NCBI GenBank assembly: GCA_965263355.1
Contig: CBDHHL010000032.1
Span: 640,001-704,000, forward strand
DNA: 64,000 nucleotides
DNA from: Leptolyngbyaceae cyanobacterium
Lineage (GTDB): Bacteria; Cyanobacteriota; Cyanobacteriia; Phormidesmidales; Phormidesmidaceae
Direction of reading: 5' to 3'
Position 1 is the first letter of the stretch, and each line of letters starts with the position of its first letter. Shown here one piece after another: positions 11,185 through 20,489 of the stretch. A program made the position numbers and the translations under genes. The notes below the pieces were generated by a model. It saw only the letters and a program-made list of their open reading frames with translations, was not told where the DNA came from and did no database searches.

Positions 11185-12177
11185 ATGGGTCTAATCAGTA
11201 TTCGCCCTGAAGGGTTGTATTGTGAAGCTGGCAATTTTTATATTGATCCTTGGCGCTCAGTAGAAACGGCACTGATTACCCACGCCCATTCTGATCATGC
11301 TCGCGCTGGTTCAAGGCATTATTATGCGATCGCAACCTCAGACGGCATTTTACGTAAACGCCTGGGCAAAGACATTCAACTAACATCTACGCAATATGGC
11401 AAAAAAATCAAACTAGGTAACACCTGGGTTTCATTTCATTCAGCCGGTCATGTACTCGGCTCAGCCCAGATTCGAGTGGAGCACAGAGATGAAGTTTGGG
11501 GCATTTCAGGAGACTATAAACGGTGTGCAGACCCGACCTGTGAGCCCTTTGAGGTGGTGGAATGCGACACGTACATCACAGAAGCCACCTTTGGATTACC
11601 CATCTATCGTTGGCAGTCAGGAACAACAACAGCCGAGCAAATCTATCATTGGTGGCACAGCGATTTAGAACGCCCATCATTGTTATTTTGTTATTCCTTT
11701 GGCAAGGCCCAGCGAGTGTTGGCAGAGCTGACTCAGTTTACCGATAAAACTGTCTATGTCCATGGAGCAGTACAAGCTCTGACAGATATTTATCGAGAGG
11801 TGGGCATACAAATGCTCCCTACTGTACCCACCAGTCAAACAGAGAAATCCTACAAGTTTCAGGGAGACTTGATAATTGCTCCCCCATCAGGCCATCGTTC
11901 CTCTTGGATGAAACGATTTAAGCGCCCCCAAACAGCCTTTGCCTCAGGATGGATGGCAGTAAGAGGTGCCCGTCGTCGCCGAGGATATGAACGGGGATTT
12001 GTTCTCTCAGATCACGCCGATTGGCCCAGTCTCATCAAAACCGTCAAGCAAACCAACGCTAAAACAGTCTACGTCACCCACGGGCAAAACGATGTTCTGT
12101 CACGTTATCTTACAGAGCAGTTGGGCATTAATGCCATGCCATTAGATACCCTATTCGAAGGCGAGGTAGACACTTAA
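11185..12177 (+). CDS. Ligase-associated DNA damage response exonuclease (metallo-beta-lactamase fold)
   Basis: ITHAHSDH, AGHVLGSAQ, TEATFGLP, FASGWM and LSDHADW motifs. Confidence 0.88.
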   Translation: MGLISIRPEGLYCEAGNFYIDPWRSVETALITHAHSDHARAGSRHYYAIATSDGILRKRLGKDIQLTSTQYGKKIKLGNTWVSFHSAGHVLGSAQIRVEHRDEVWGISGDYKRCADPTCEPFEVVECDTYITEATFGLPIYRWQSGTTTAEQIYHWWHSDLERPSLLFCYSFGKAQRVLAELTQFTDKTVYVHGAVQALTDIYREVGIQMLPTVPTSQTEKSYKFQGDLIIAPPSGHRSSWMKRFKRPQTAFASGWMAVRGARRRRGYERGFVLSDHADWPSLIKTVKQTNAKTVYVTHGQNDVLSRYLTEQLGINAMPLDTLFEGEVDT

Positions 12178-12253
12178 GAAACCGATTAATTAACTATTTA
12201 TCTCACTCGTCACTTGCCTAAAATGCTTAAGAATTTGTAGTGCAGTAGCAAGC

Positions 12254-12431
12254 TCACACTTGGAATAAATAACGCCGCCGCAGCTCATGCAACGCCATTT
12301 GGTCAGACTCTACCAGACTTAGAAAATCCCTCTGCCACTCCGCAAAAAATCCCTCATCCTCATTGCAGTGTCAAGTTAAAGCGTCGTTCTACTTCAGCAA
12401 GGGTAGTAATTGCTTCAATAGCAACTGTCAT
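12254..12431 (-). pseudogene. Truncated, frameshifted remnant of a cyanobacterial 'restriction endonuclease subunit R'-like small protein
   Basis: Manual translation: MTVAIEAITTLAEVERRFNLT, frameshift near 12365, then NEDEGFFAEWQRDFLSLVESDQMALHELRRRYLFQV-stop. This matches the family N-terminus as I recall it. Confidence 0.6.
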
Positions 12432-12803
12432 GGGAAGGGCGATATGCGATTTGCACAATACTAGCAAACCCAGAGAATAGCTATCATCTAAAACTTTGGA
12501 AACAGGATAGTCGCCTAGGAACTAACGCTGAGTAACTTTGCAGAAAACTACAAAGTCCATGGCTGTTTTTATCAACGAAACTGCAGAATTTGATTATTGT
12601 CGAACAGGCTGCTCAAAAACTAATGTAGAAACACTGATAGATAGGGTTTTCTGACATTTGGAAATGTTCTGTCATCGGTACTAACGAAATGCCTTAAATA
12701 ACCTTGTGCATCTAAGTAGCAAAAACGCGTCAAATAAATGTTGGGGGCAACTGACCGTTAATGCTTTAGCATCTACAACAGCCATAGATAGTGAACATGA
12801 ACC

Positions 12804-13493
12804 ATGGGCCCCACATCCAACGAAACACCTGCCGGTAAAATCCTGATTGTTGACGATCACCAGGTCGTCCTGAGTGGCACCATCGATATCCTGCGTCAAC
12901 ACTACCCAACCTATGACTTATTAACGGCTAAAACAGCCCAGGAAGCGCTTGAGAAATTAGCCAACCATCGACTTGACCTGGCGATTTTAGACCTGTCTAT
13001 TCCTGACGCGTTACACCAGGATGCCAAGGTGGAAACTGGCATTGAGCTACTTAGGCAAGTGATGAAACACTACCCCGAGCAAAACATTGCCATCCAAAGC
13101 ACCTACATCAAGGCTCTAGTTCGAGTTAGATCCGAGATCGACAGCCATCAGGGTGGCTTTACCATCGTCGATAAAAGCATGTCTAGCCAGGACATTTTTC
13201 AGCGCATTGATGGTGCCTTAAAAGGATTTAGCCATACCCGAGGCATTAAAGCACTACAGGCTGGCATCGAACTAAAACCCGAATGGCTACAGGTTCTCAC
13301 CTTTGCGTTTCATGAAGGTCTACAGGACAAAGCCATTGCCCAAGCACTGAGCGTACAACCCAGCACAATTCGCCATTACTGGAATAAACTCTACGACGTG
13401 CTGGAAATAGACCCTGAGCTAGACAAAAAGGAAGGAAAAAATCTGCGTAGCCTAACTGAAATCCGTGCCCGTGAGCGAGGGCTACTGGACTAA
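12804..13493 (+). CDS. NarL/LuxR-type DNA-binding response regulator
   Basis: KILIVDDH, LAILDLSIP (phospho-Asp) and C-terminal HTH GLQDKAIAQALSVQPSTIRHYW; TAATG overlap with the kinase. Confidence 0.9.
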   Translation: MGPTSNETPAGKILIVDDHQVVLSGTIDILRQHYPTYDLLTAKTAQEALEKLANHRLDLAILDLSIPDALHQDAKVETGIELLRQVMKHYPEQNIAIQSTYIKALVRVRSEIDSHQGGFTIVDKSMSSQDIFQRIDGALKGFSHTRGIKALQAGIELKPEWLQVLTFAFHEGLQDKAIAQALSVQPSTIRHYWNKLYDVLEIDPELDKKEGKNLRSLTEIRARERGLLD

Positions 13494-15460
13494 TGGACGC
13501 TGCTGGATTAGTAGAAGAACGGAGTCGCTGGGGAGAACTTTTAGAAAAGCTCAAAACAGGACTCTGGGGGATCGGTATTGTCGCATCCATCATAGGTGCC
13601 CGTTCCTTAGGCGCATTTCATGTTTTGGAACTTATGGCGTTAGATCGCCTATTTGCCACGCAGCTATCCTTTGAAACAGGCGATAAGGCCATCACGATCG
13701 TTGAAATTGGCCCTAACTATGCTGATGGTTCTGAAGAACAGGGCTACACCATTGATGCCACATCGTTGGCAGACGTCTTAGACAATATCTTCAAAAATGA
13801 ACCGGCTGTTGTTGGTGCAGATATCTTGTCTTATCGAATTACAGGAGATATTCAAAATAACCTGCTACCAACTATTGAAAAACATTCCAACCTGATTACA
13901 GTCGAGGGGATTTTAGCTAATCCAGCAGAGCCATTACCGGGTCTCTCTGAAACGCAATTAGCACAGCAAGTTGGATTTAATGACTTGGTTATTGATCAAG
14001 ATGGTACTGTTCGTCGTGCCCTTTTAGATGCCTATAAAAATGAAGAATATAGGACATCCTTTGCTATTCAGGTAATTCAGAGCTACTTCAAACGTGAAAA
14101 CTCCAGTGGTGAACGACTTGAATTGAAAAATGGTACTAAGGATTCAGCCACTATGAGTTTTGGAGAGGTTGAAATTCCAAGAATTAAAGCTGGATATGGA
14201 TATACTAGCGGTGATGTATTTAGTCTCCAAACCCTCATTAACTATCGAGGTCAGGTAAAACCATTTAAAGTTATTAGTGCGACTGATTTACTCACCTCCC
14301 AAAACGATCAAAATGACCTAATTAAAGATAAGGTCGTTATTATCAGCTTGGTAGGTTCACCTCACGACTATAAAATTCCACTAACCGTATTTAATCGTTT
14401 AATAGATAATTCTCAACTAGTTAACGGTGTCGAGATCCAGGCCTACGTTATCAATCAAGTTATTAAAGCAGTAGAAGATCAGCAACCACTTGTTTGGACT
14501 AATCGAACAGTTCAATATATATTCTTGCTATCTTTGTCAATTCTTAGCATTGTTGCTAGCAGATTTTCAAGGGATGTAATTAGTGGCTTTATTCAATTAT
14601 CGATTATTACTTTTTTAAGTATTTTACTTAGCTATATCCTATTGATGCAGATAGGTCTCTGGTTACCTCTGTCAGCTACCCTTGCGGCTGTCACTTCCAA
14701 TGGTCTTATCTACATTAACTATGCTCAAAATGAGCGTCGTTGGACTAGGTTAATAGCTCAACGAAACCTTGCTCTTGAAAAGGAACGCCATCTATCTGAA
14801 AAATTGGCTTTTGAACGGCAAAAAACGATAGAAAATGTATTTGACTCCATTCATAATGGCCCCTTGCAAACCTTAGCTAATTTATTAAGACGTACTCGCG
14901 ATGAGACAATTGGACTATCCGATATTTGTCTAAGCTTAGAGGATCTAAACCGTGAAATTCGCTATATCGGTGACTCTATTAAGCAAGATGCCACGGAGAA
15001 AAAGGAACGTCTTGATGTTAGCTATGCAGGGACTAAATTTGATTTAAATATTCCTCTTCAAGAGCTATTTCAGGAAGTTTATGATGCAATGTTGTCAAGA
15101 CCTTTATTAGGATTTTCAGACCTCAAGTTCACTATCATATCGTTTGAGCCAATTGAGACAGAAATGCTCAATGTTGAAGTTAAGCGTAAACTATGTAGAT
15201 TTCTAGAAGAAGCCCTAGGAAATGTTGGAAAACATGCTGTTGGAGCTACACGGTTAGTGGTGACCGGAAAAACTAAAGACAACTATTATGAGTTAACCGT
15301 AGCTGATAACGGTCCCGGTTTTCCTCATCATGATACTGAAGCTGGTGAAGGCACCCGTATCGGTAAGGAAATTGAAAAATTAACTCGAGGTAAATTTGTA
15401 CGTAGACAAAATGTACCTAAAGGTTTCTTCTGTCAATTAACGTTTCCGATATCAATCTAA
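13493..15460 (+). CDS. CHASE2-domain sensor histidine kinase
   Basis: CHASE2 motifs LELMALD, PAVVGADI, VGFNDLVIDQDGTVRRALL and GVEIQA; about 3 TMs; H-box IHNGPLQ; ATPase motifs EEALGNVGKHA and DNGPG. Confidence 0.88.
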   Translation: MDAAGLVEERSRWGELLEKLKTGLWGIGIVASIIGARSLGAFHVLELMALDRLFATQLSFETGDKAITIVEIGPNYADGSEEQGYTIDATSLADVLDNIFKNEPAVVGADILSYRITGDIQNNLLPTIEKHSNLITVEGILANPAEPLPGLSETQLAQQVGFNDLVIDQDGTVRRALLDAYKNEEYRTSFAIQVIQSYFKRENSSGERLELKNGTKDSATMSFGEVEIPRIKAGYGYTSGDVFSLQTLINYRGQVKPFKVISATDLLTSQNDQNDLIKDKVVIISLVGSPHDYKIPLTVFNRLIDNSQLVNGVEIQAYVINQVIKAVEDQQPLVWTNRTVQYIFLLSLSILSIVASRFSRDVISGFIQLSIITFLSILLSYILLMQIGLWLPLSATLAAVTSNGLIYINYAQNERRWTRLIAQRNLALEKERHLSEKLAFERQKTIENVFDSIHNGPLQTLANLLRRTRDETIGLSDICLSLEDLNREIRYIGDSIKQDATEKKERLDVSYAGTKFDLNIPLQELFQEVYDAMLSRPLLGFSDLKFTIISFEPIETEMLNVEVKRKLCRFLEEALGNVGKHAVGATRLVVTGKTKDNYYELTVADNGPGFPHHDTEAGEGTRIGKEIEKLTRGKFVRRQNVPKGFFCQLTFPISI

Positions 15461-15625
15461 ATCAGTAATAAATCAGACATTTAACCCATCCTTTTATCTC
15501 AAAATAATTATATAAAGGAGTAAGGGAATAAAGACTATTTACTTGTTTTTTTATTCCTAATAAATAGACAATATTTAAGATGTCAGGCAAACATCTATCC
15601 ACGTCAACCTAATAATTTCTAGGAG

Positions 15626-15808
15626 GTGATTAAAACGTCTGCATTAAGCATAACAAAGCGGCTATGGCTCAATTTAGTTATAGCAACATTCATTTCCCTG
15701 CCCATCATTCCTTTGACGGGTATTGCTGCTAACGCTAATTTTGAACCGCAACTACCGCGACCAGATCCTGGCCAGCCTACTGGTAGGACAGGGAGTTCTA
15801 CTCGCTGA
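15626..15808 (+). CDS. Predicted secreted peptide precursor (signal peptide plus 23 aa Pro/Gly-rich peptide ending GSSTR), resembling the DUF928 N-terminal motif
   Basis: Basic n-region, hydrophobic h-region LWLNLVIATFISLPIIPLTGI and A-N-A cleavage site; perfect SD AGGAGGTGAT at 15621-15630; strong terminator directly after. Exact start codon uncertain. Confidence 0.7.
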   Translation: MIKTSALSITKRLWLNLVIATFISLPIIPLTGIAANANFEPQLPRPDPGQPTGRTGSSTR

Positions 15809-15841
15809 ATTTCCTAATTGGAAATGATTTAGATCACATAG

Positions 15842-15877
15842 GCGTGGTGATTTTATGCAAAATCACCACGCTTTTTT
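15842..15877 (+). terminator. Rho-independent terminator after the peptide gene
   Basis: GCGTGGTGATTTT-atgc-AAAATCACCACGC followed by TTTTTT. Confidence 0.9.
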
Positions 15878-16150
15878 AGTAAAGTCAACTGCACTTTGTA
15901 GAAAAGTAGAAAGGCCTTTAAAGAGAAGATGTAGTACGGCTGGAGAAAAGGTAACAGAGAACTGCATAAAAGCAAATTGTTTTGATAAAGAGCCTTAGGT
16001 ATTCTGTAATTGTTCGATAAACATTAGTGATTTGGCTTACTTTTTTGCTTATCTCACTGATTTACATCTGAACCGTTATTACAAGGTCAGATGATTTATG
16101 TCACTGCTGACCGACGACTGCTTCCTTATTGTGATCTTGGAGCTTGTGCA

Positions 16151-16294
16151 ATGCCTTTCCTACCATTTTTCACAGTTTGTCTGGCCTTTTTTCTCTTCTC
16201 CGAAGTTTTGACTCCCAAGCCCCAGTCTAAGCAAAAGGAAACAAAAGATAACGCTACCAAACTGTTAATCGAGTTGAAAAACGCCGATAGTTGA
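16151..16294 (+). CDS. Small single-TM protein (47 aa)
   Basis: MPFLPFFTVCLAFFLFSEVLTPKPQSKQKETK...; GGAG 8 nt upstream of ATG 16151; hydrophobic N-terminus followed by a Lys-rich tail. Confidence 0.5.
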   Translation: MPFLPFFTVCLAFFLFSEVLTPKPQSKQKETKDNATKLLIELKNADS

Positions 16295-16619
16295 TTAACT
16301 CAGCAATTATTTGATTTAAGCACTAACTAACCTAGTTTGAGAGGACTTCACCATGATCGTTCTATCTTCAATGACAGCAATGAGAACACAGCGTCTAGAG
16401 TTATTCGCGACCTTGGTGATGTCCTTGTGGAATAAGCTCAAACAGCAACCAGGGTGTGAAGCGGATTGCTACTAATATCACATATTTATCTAATACGTTT
16501 TTGGTGTTGTTGATTGTAGGGATGACCGCATCTGAAAAGCGTTAACTCATTACTAACGCAACAGATCGCAACATTTTCTGGATCAGCAACGGTATTTCTC
16601 AAGTTTTGCTGTGACAGTC

Positions 16620-16659
16620 AGGGGTAAAGTTCGCTAAAAGGCGGCTTTGCTCCTTTTTC
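16620..16659. terminator. Probable terminator between convergent units
   Basis: AGGGGTAAAGTTCGC...GCGGCTTTGCTCCT stem (with G-U pairs) followed by a T-run. Confidence 0.5.
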
Positions 16660-16673
16660 TTAAGTTTTACAGA

Positions 16674-18011
16674 CTATTGGTTTTGTTCGTCACGGTTAAA
16701 GCGGAGATTGTCGAGGGTTTGTCCCGGCGGGAGATCGACAAACACTCGATCGCCTGGGGTGACACCTTCTAAAATTTGGATTTGCTTTCCTACTTGGGGA
16801 CCTAGGGTGACAGGGCGAAAGCGAATGTTCTTTTCCTTTTTATCGGGGACGAGGACACCGGTTTCTCCGCCTTGGGTGACAACAGCAACAGCAGGCACAA
16901 CAAGGGCATCACTCAGGCGATCACCCAAAAACGCCACGTCTACATTCATATTTGAGCGCAGCTGCTCTAGTCCATTTTCTAGACGCACCCGGACTTGGAA
17001 AATGGTGACATTTTGACGTTCAATGGCTTCTGGAGCAATTAAACGCACGGTTCCTTTGAATATTATTTCAGGATAGGTTGGCGATATAATCTCTACGGAT
17101 TGACCTACCTGAATCTGTCCTAAGTCAGCTTCGGGTACCTCGGCAATAACCTCTAACCCATCGGCAATGGCAACAATGGCACTGGAGGTAGCTGAGGCTG
17201 CTTCTGAAGCGGACGTAGTCGGGGTGACAAAGGCTCCAACTGTGGCAAATTTTTGGGTTACAACTCCCCCAAATGGTGCACGGATAATTGTATTGTCAAT
17301 ACGGGTTTGAATAGCCGAAATTTGTCCCCGTGCCCGCTCAACACGGGCACGAGCCTGGACGACATCTTCTGGATCTGGGTCATCTGCCAAATCTGCCAGG
17401 CGTTGCTGGGCCTCGACAACGCGTGCTTCTAGTTGTTTGACATTGGCTTGGGCACTATCAACAGCATTTTCGCTGTTGTCGAGTTCACGGGCAGAAATCG
17501 CTCCTTGGCGATAGAGATTGAGATCGCGTTCTAAATCTCCTTCCACCAGACCCAATCGTGCCTCAGCCTCTACCAGTTGCGATCGCACCGCCGCCAAATT
17601 GGCCTGGGACTGGGCTAACTGCGGTTGCTCTGCCCCCTGCAACAAATCCTGCAGTTGAGCCTCGGCTTCCGCTAAATTCGCTTGGTTTTGTTGCAGCTGA
17701 GCATCGAGATCATCAATATCCATGCGAGCAACCACCTGACCTTGCTCGACTACATCCCCCTGTTCGACCAACAGTTCATCCACAATGCCTGAATTTTTAG
17801 GACTCAGGTTGACTATCCTAAACGCTTCTACCTCACCACTGGCATTGATGCGAATCGTTACTTCCGTTGACTCTACTGGCACTGTCAACGCGGTCACATC
17901 GTAGTTGTTGCTGCGGTAACGTCGCACGGCAATTGCACTGATGCCGATAATTGCGATCGCAACACCGCCCATAATCCACAGCAGAGACCGCTGTTTATAA
18001 ACCCATTTCAC
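16674..18011 (-). CDS. Efflux transporter periplasmic adaptor subunit (HlyD/MFP family)
   Basis: N-terminal TM, lipoyl half-motifs (GIVDELLVEQGDVVEQGQVVA, IRAPFGGVV), long coiled-coil hairpin, ALVVPAVAV. Confidence 0.92.
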   Translation of the reverse strand: MKWVYKQRSLLWIMGGVAIAIIGISAIAVRRYRSNNYDVTALTVPVESTEVTIRINASGEVEAFRIVNLSPKNSGIVDELLVEQGDVVEQGQVVARMDIDDLDAQLQQNQANLAEAEAQLQDLLQGAEQPQLAQSQANLAAVRSQLVEAEARLGLVEGDLERDLNLYRQGAISARELDNSENAVDSAQANVKQLEARVVEAQQRLADLADDPDPEDVVQARARVERARGQISAIQTRIDNTIIRAPFGGVVTQKFATVGAFVTPTTSASEAASATSSAIVAIADGLEVIAEVPEADLGQIQVGQSVEIISPTYPEIIFKGTVRLIAPEAIERQNVTIFQVRVRLENGLEQLRSNMNVDVAFLGDRLSDALVVPAVAVVTQGGETGVLVPDKKEKNIRFRPVTLGPQVGKQIQILEGVTPGDRVFVDLPPGQTLDNLRFNRDEQNQ

Positions 18012-18100
18012 TCGCTAATAACTCCATGGTAATGCCCGAGATAACTAGATTCACAAGCCCGTATTGTTGTCCCTATGTAGCTTAGCGAAAGAACGCTCTA

Positions 18101-18796
18101 TCAGGCTGAAACCCAAGCCGCTAGATTTTCTCGGGATTGGCATTCAAACCGCTGGCAAAAAATCGACGAACGATACAGAACAGAACGGTCTAAAAACTCA
18201 GTTAACAAGGCCTGCCGCTTAGCTCGATACACCGTTTCCGGCATCCAGGCATATTCTTGACGGATCTGATGGTTATAGTGCAAAAACCGTTGAGCACTAG
18301 CCCCTAAAATAGCCAGGTCGATATCCACCATCAAGTTAGTCAGCTCAGCCATTCCACCGGGCTGAGACTCGGCAAAATGACAGGTGGCCATAATCAATGA
18401 ATCAACCCAGTTAATCTGAGCGACTTCCCTCCCATGCGTTTGGAGAAATAAAATCGCCTGGTCAGCACTTTGTCGTTCATTGTCAAACCCTTGAGGGTGA
18501 TAAACCACGTCGTGGTACCACAGTGCCATCTCTAGCACTAAAGACCATTGAGGGGGCATAGACCTATGCTCAATAGCCCAGTCCAGCAGGTTTAGACATT
18601 CATTAATATGCTGAGCAGTGTGATACGCCCGATGGGCCTCGGCGTAGGCAGCAGCAATCCGCTTAAATTCCAATTCGATTGCCGCCTGATCATCTATGCC
18701 AAATTGTCGACACAGGCAATGCCAACGGGACAAACTTAAGCTTCGATCAGACTTCAAAAGTCTATTAGTTGTTACCAGACAATACCGATTGGCCAT
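18101..18796 (-). CDS. HD-superfamily metal-dependent phosphohydrolase (COG4339-like); true start probably slightly downstream
   Basis: YAEAHRAYHTAQHI, ALWYHDVVY, DNERQSA, DIDLAILG and IRQEYAW motifs. Confidence 0.8.
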   Translation of the reverse strand: MANRYCLVTTNRLLKSDRSLSLSRWHCLCRQFGIDDQAAIELEFKRIAAAYAEAHRAYHTAQHINECLNLLDWAIEHRSMPPQWSLVLEMALWYHDVVYHPQGFDNERQSADQAILFLQTHGREVAQINWVDSLIMATCHFAESQPGGMAELTNLMVDIDLAILGASAQRFLHYNHQIRQEYAWMPETVYRAKRQALLTEFLDRSVLYRSSIFCQRFECQSRENLAAWVSA

Positions 18797-20489
18797 TCCC
18801 AGACAATACCGCCGTCAGCCCAGCTGGCACCAATGCGGCCGCCTGATTACGAGAAAAGTCTGCTAACGCAGTCCAGGCCGCATCAATCAGTTGATTGGGC
18901 TGCAGATCATCCTTCACCAAATCCCACAAACGGGACACTTCTTCGGTGTGAAGACGATTGTCCTCGGTGAGGGCTGCCAAAATTTGCTGACGCAAATACT
19001 GACCTTCATCGGACATCAAAAACTGCATCCCTAACCCAGCGGTGGGAATCAAGTTAAATCCTTGATCACTTTGGGCAATGCGAATCATGTTCTCAAGGCG
19101 CTGCCACTGAAAACGACCATCCTTAAACAACACCTCAATGAGTCGCTGTCGTAGGGACTCGGTTTCTCCCATTAACAATCGCCGTGCCACATAGGGATAG
19201 GCAATTTCTACAATTTTGAACTCTGGATTTAGGGTAAGGGCTAGCCCCTCCTGGGTCACCAGGGAACGAATAATTAGGGCAAACTTGGCCGGTACGCGGA
19301 AGGGATATTCATACATCACCTCTGAGAATTTATCGGTAATGCTCTTAAAGTTGAAATCACCAACACTTTCACCAATGGCACCGTCAAATACAGCTTGCAG
19401 AGCAGGCACAATGGGACGAACATCGACATCAGGGGTAAGAAAACCTAATTTGACAAAGTCATCGGCAAGTTTGTCATATTCCTGATTGATCAAATGGACA
19501 ACTGAGTCCACCAGGGTTTCCTTCATCTCCTGGGTAAGCTGATCCATCATGCCAAAGTCGATGTAAGCCATCATCCCATTAGGCATGGCAAAAAGGTTAC
19601 CGGGGTGGGGGTCAGCATGGAAAAAACCAAACTCCAACAGCTGCCGTAACCCTGAAGACACCCCAATCGTAACCAGGTCGTCAGAATTCAGCCCCGCTGC
19701 CTTGACCCGCTCAATGTCGGTCAGCTTGATTCCATCAATCCATTCCAGGGTAAGCACCCGAGTGCTGGTGTAACGCCAGTAGATCGCAGGTACCTTGACT
19801 TTAGGATCATCCGCAAAGTTGGCCGCAAACGCTTCAGCATTACGGCCTTCATTCAGGTAATCAATTTCTTCAAATAGCTTGGAGCCAAACTCATCCACAA
19901 TCAGGGTGAGGTCATGGCCAAGGTTAAGGGGCAACCAGGGGGCAATCCAACCGGCGGCCCAACGCATTAGATACAGATCGCGGCAAATAATCGGCACCAG
20001 CCCAGGACGCTGCACTTTGACCGCAACTGTTTCACCTGTATAAAGTCGGGCCCTATATACCTGACCCAGGCTAGCTGCCGCCACTGGTTCAGGTGAAATG
20101 TAACTATAAACTTCTTCCGGGGTACGCCCCAATTCTTTTTCAATAATCAGGCTAGCTAGGTGGCTGTCAAACGGTGGCAGCTGATCTTGCAGTTTAATGA
20201 GTTCGTCTAAAAATTTGGGATTAACTAAATCAGGTCTGGTGGAGAGGGCCTGTCCAACTTTAATAAACGTAGGCCCCAGATCCGTTAGTATCTTGCGTAG
20301 CTGAGACGCTCGCCTGGATTCATTGGTTTCTTGCCGTCCCAGGGCTCTATCAAACAGTAAGCCTAGGACAAAACTACCTAACATCAAGGCAACGGAAAAG
20401 GCCCGCCATAGAACGGTCCAAAGACGAAAACGATAGTGATCTGCGATCGCAACCGCGTCATATCGCCTCATCTTGTCAAGCTCAGCCAT
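18765..20489 (-). CDS. ABC1/AarF/UbiB atypical protein kinase
   Basis: LGPTFIKVGQALSTRPDL, AAASLGQVY, VAVKVQRP, FFHADPHPGN and YIDFGMM. Confidence 0.95.
   Translation of the reverse strand: MAELDKMRRYDAVAIADHYRFRLWTVLWRAFSVALMLGSFVLGLLFDRALGRQETNESRRASQLRKILTDLGPTFIKVGQALSTRPDLVNPKFLDELIKLQDQLPPFDSHLASLIIEKELGRTPEEVYSYISPEPVAAASLGQVYRARLYTGETVAVKVQRPGLVPIICRDLYLMRWAAGWIAPWLPLNLGHDLTLIVDEFGSKLFEEIDYLNEGRNAEAFAANFADDPKVKVPAIYWRYTSTRVLTLEWIDGIKLTDIERVKAAGLNSDDLVTIGVSSGLRQLLEFGFFHADPHPGNLFAMPNGMMAYIDFGMMDQLTQEMKETLVDSVVHLINQEYDKLADDFVKLGFLTPDVDVRPIVPALQAVFDGAIGESVGDFNFKSITDKFSEVMYEYPFRVPAKFALIIRSLVTQEGLALTLNPEFKIVEIAYPYVARRLLMGETESLRQRLIEVLFKDGRFQWQRLENMIRIAQSDQGFNLIPTAGLGMQFLMSDEGQYLRQQILAALTEDNRLHTEEVSRLWDLVKDDLQPNQLIDAAWTALADFSRNQAAALVPAGLTAVLSGNGQSVLSGNN

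Noticed and set aside
15626..15808. Peptide as PatS/PatX (HetR-inhibiting peptide)
   Set aside because: It has a signal peptide and a Pro-rich region like PatX but lacks the defining RG(S/T)GR pentapeptide; its end matches the DUF928 motif better.
18775..18811. 13-nt direct repeat CCAGACAATACCG at the ABC1 kinase 3' end as a target-site duplication
   Set aside because: The copies are only 24 nt apart, giving a duplicated VLSGN; a simple local duplication with no element between.
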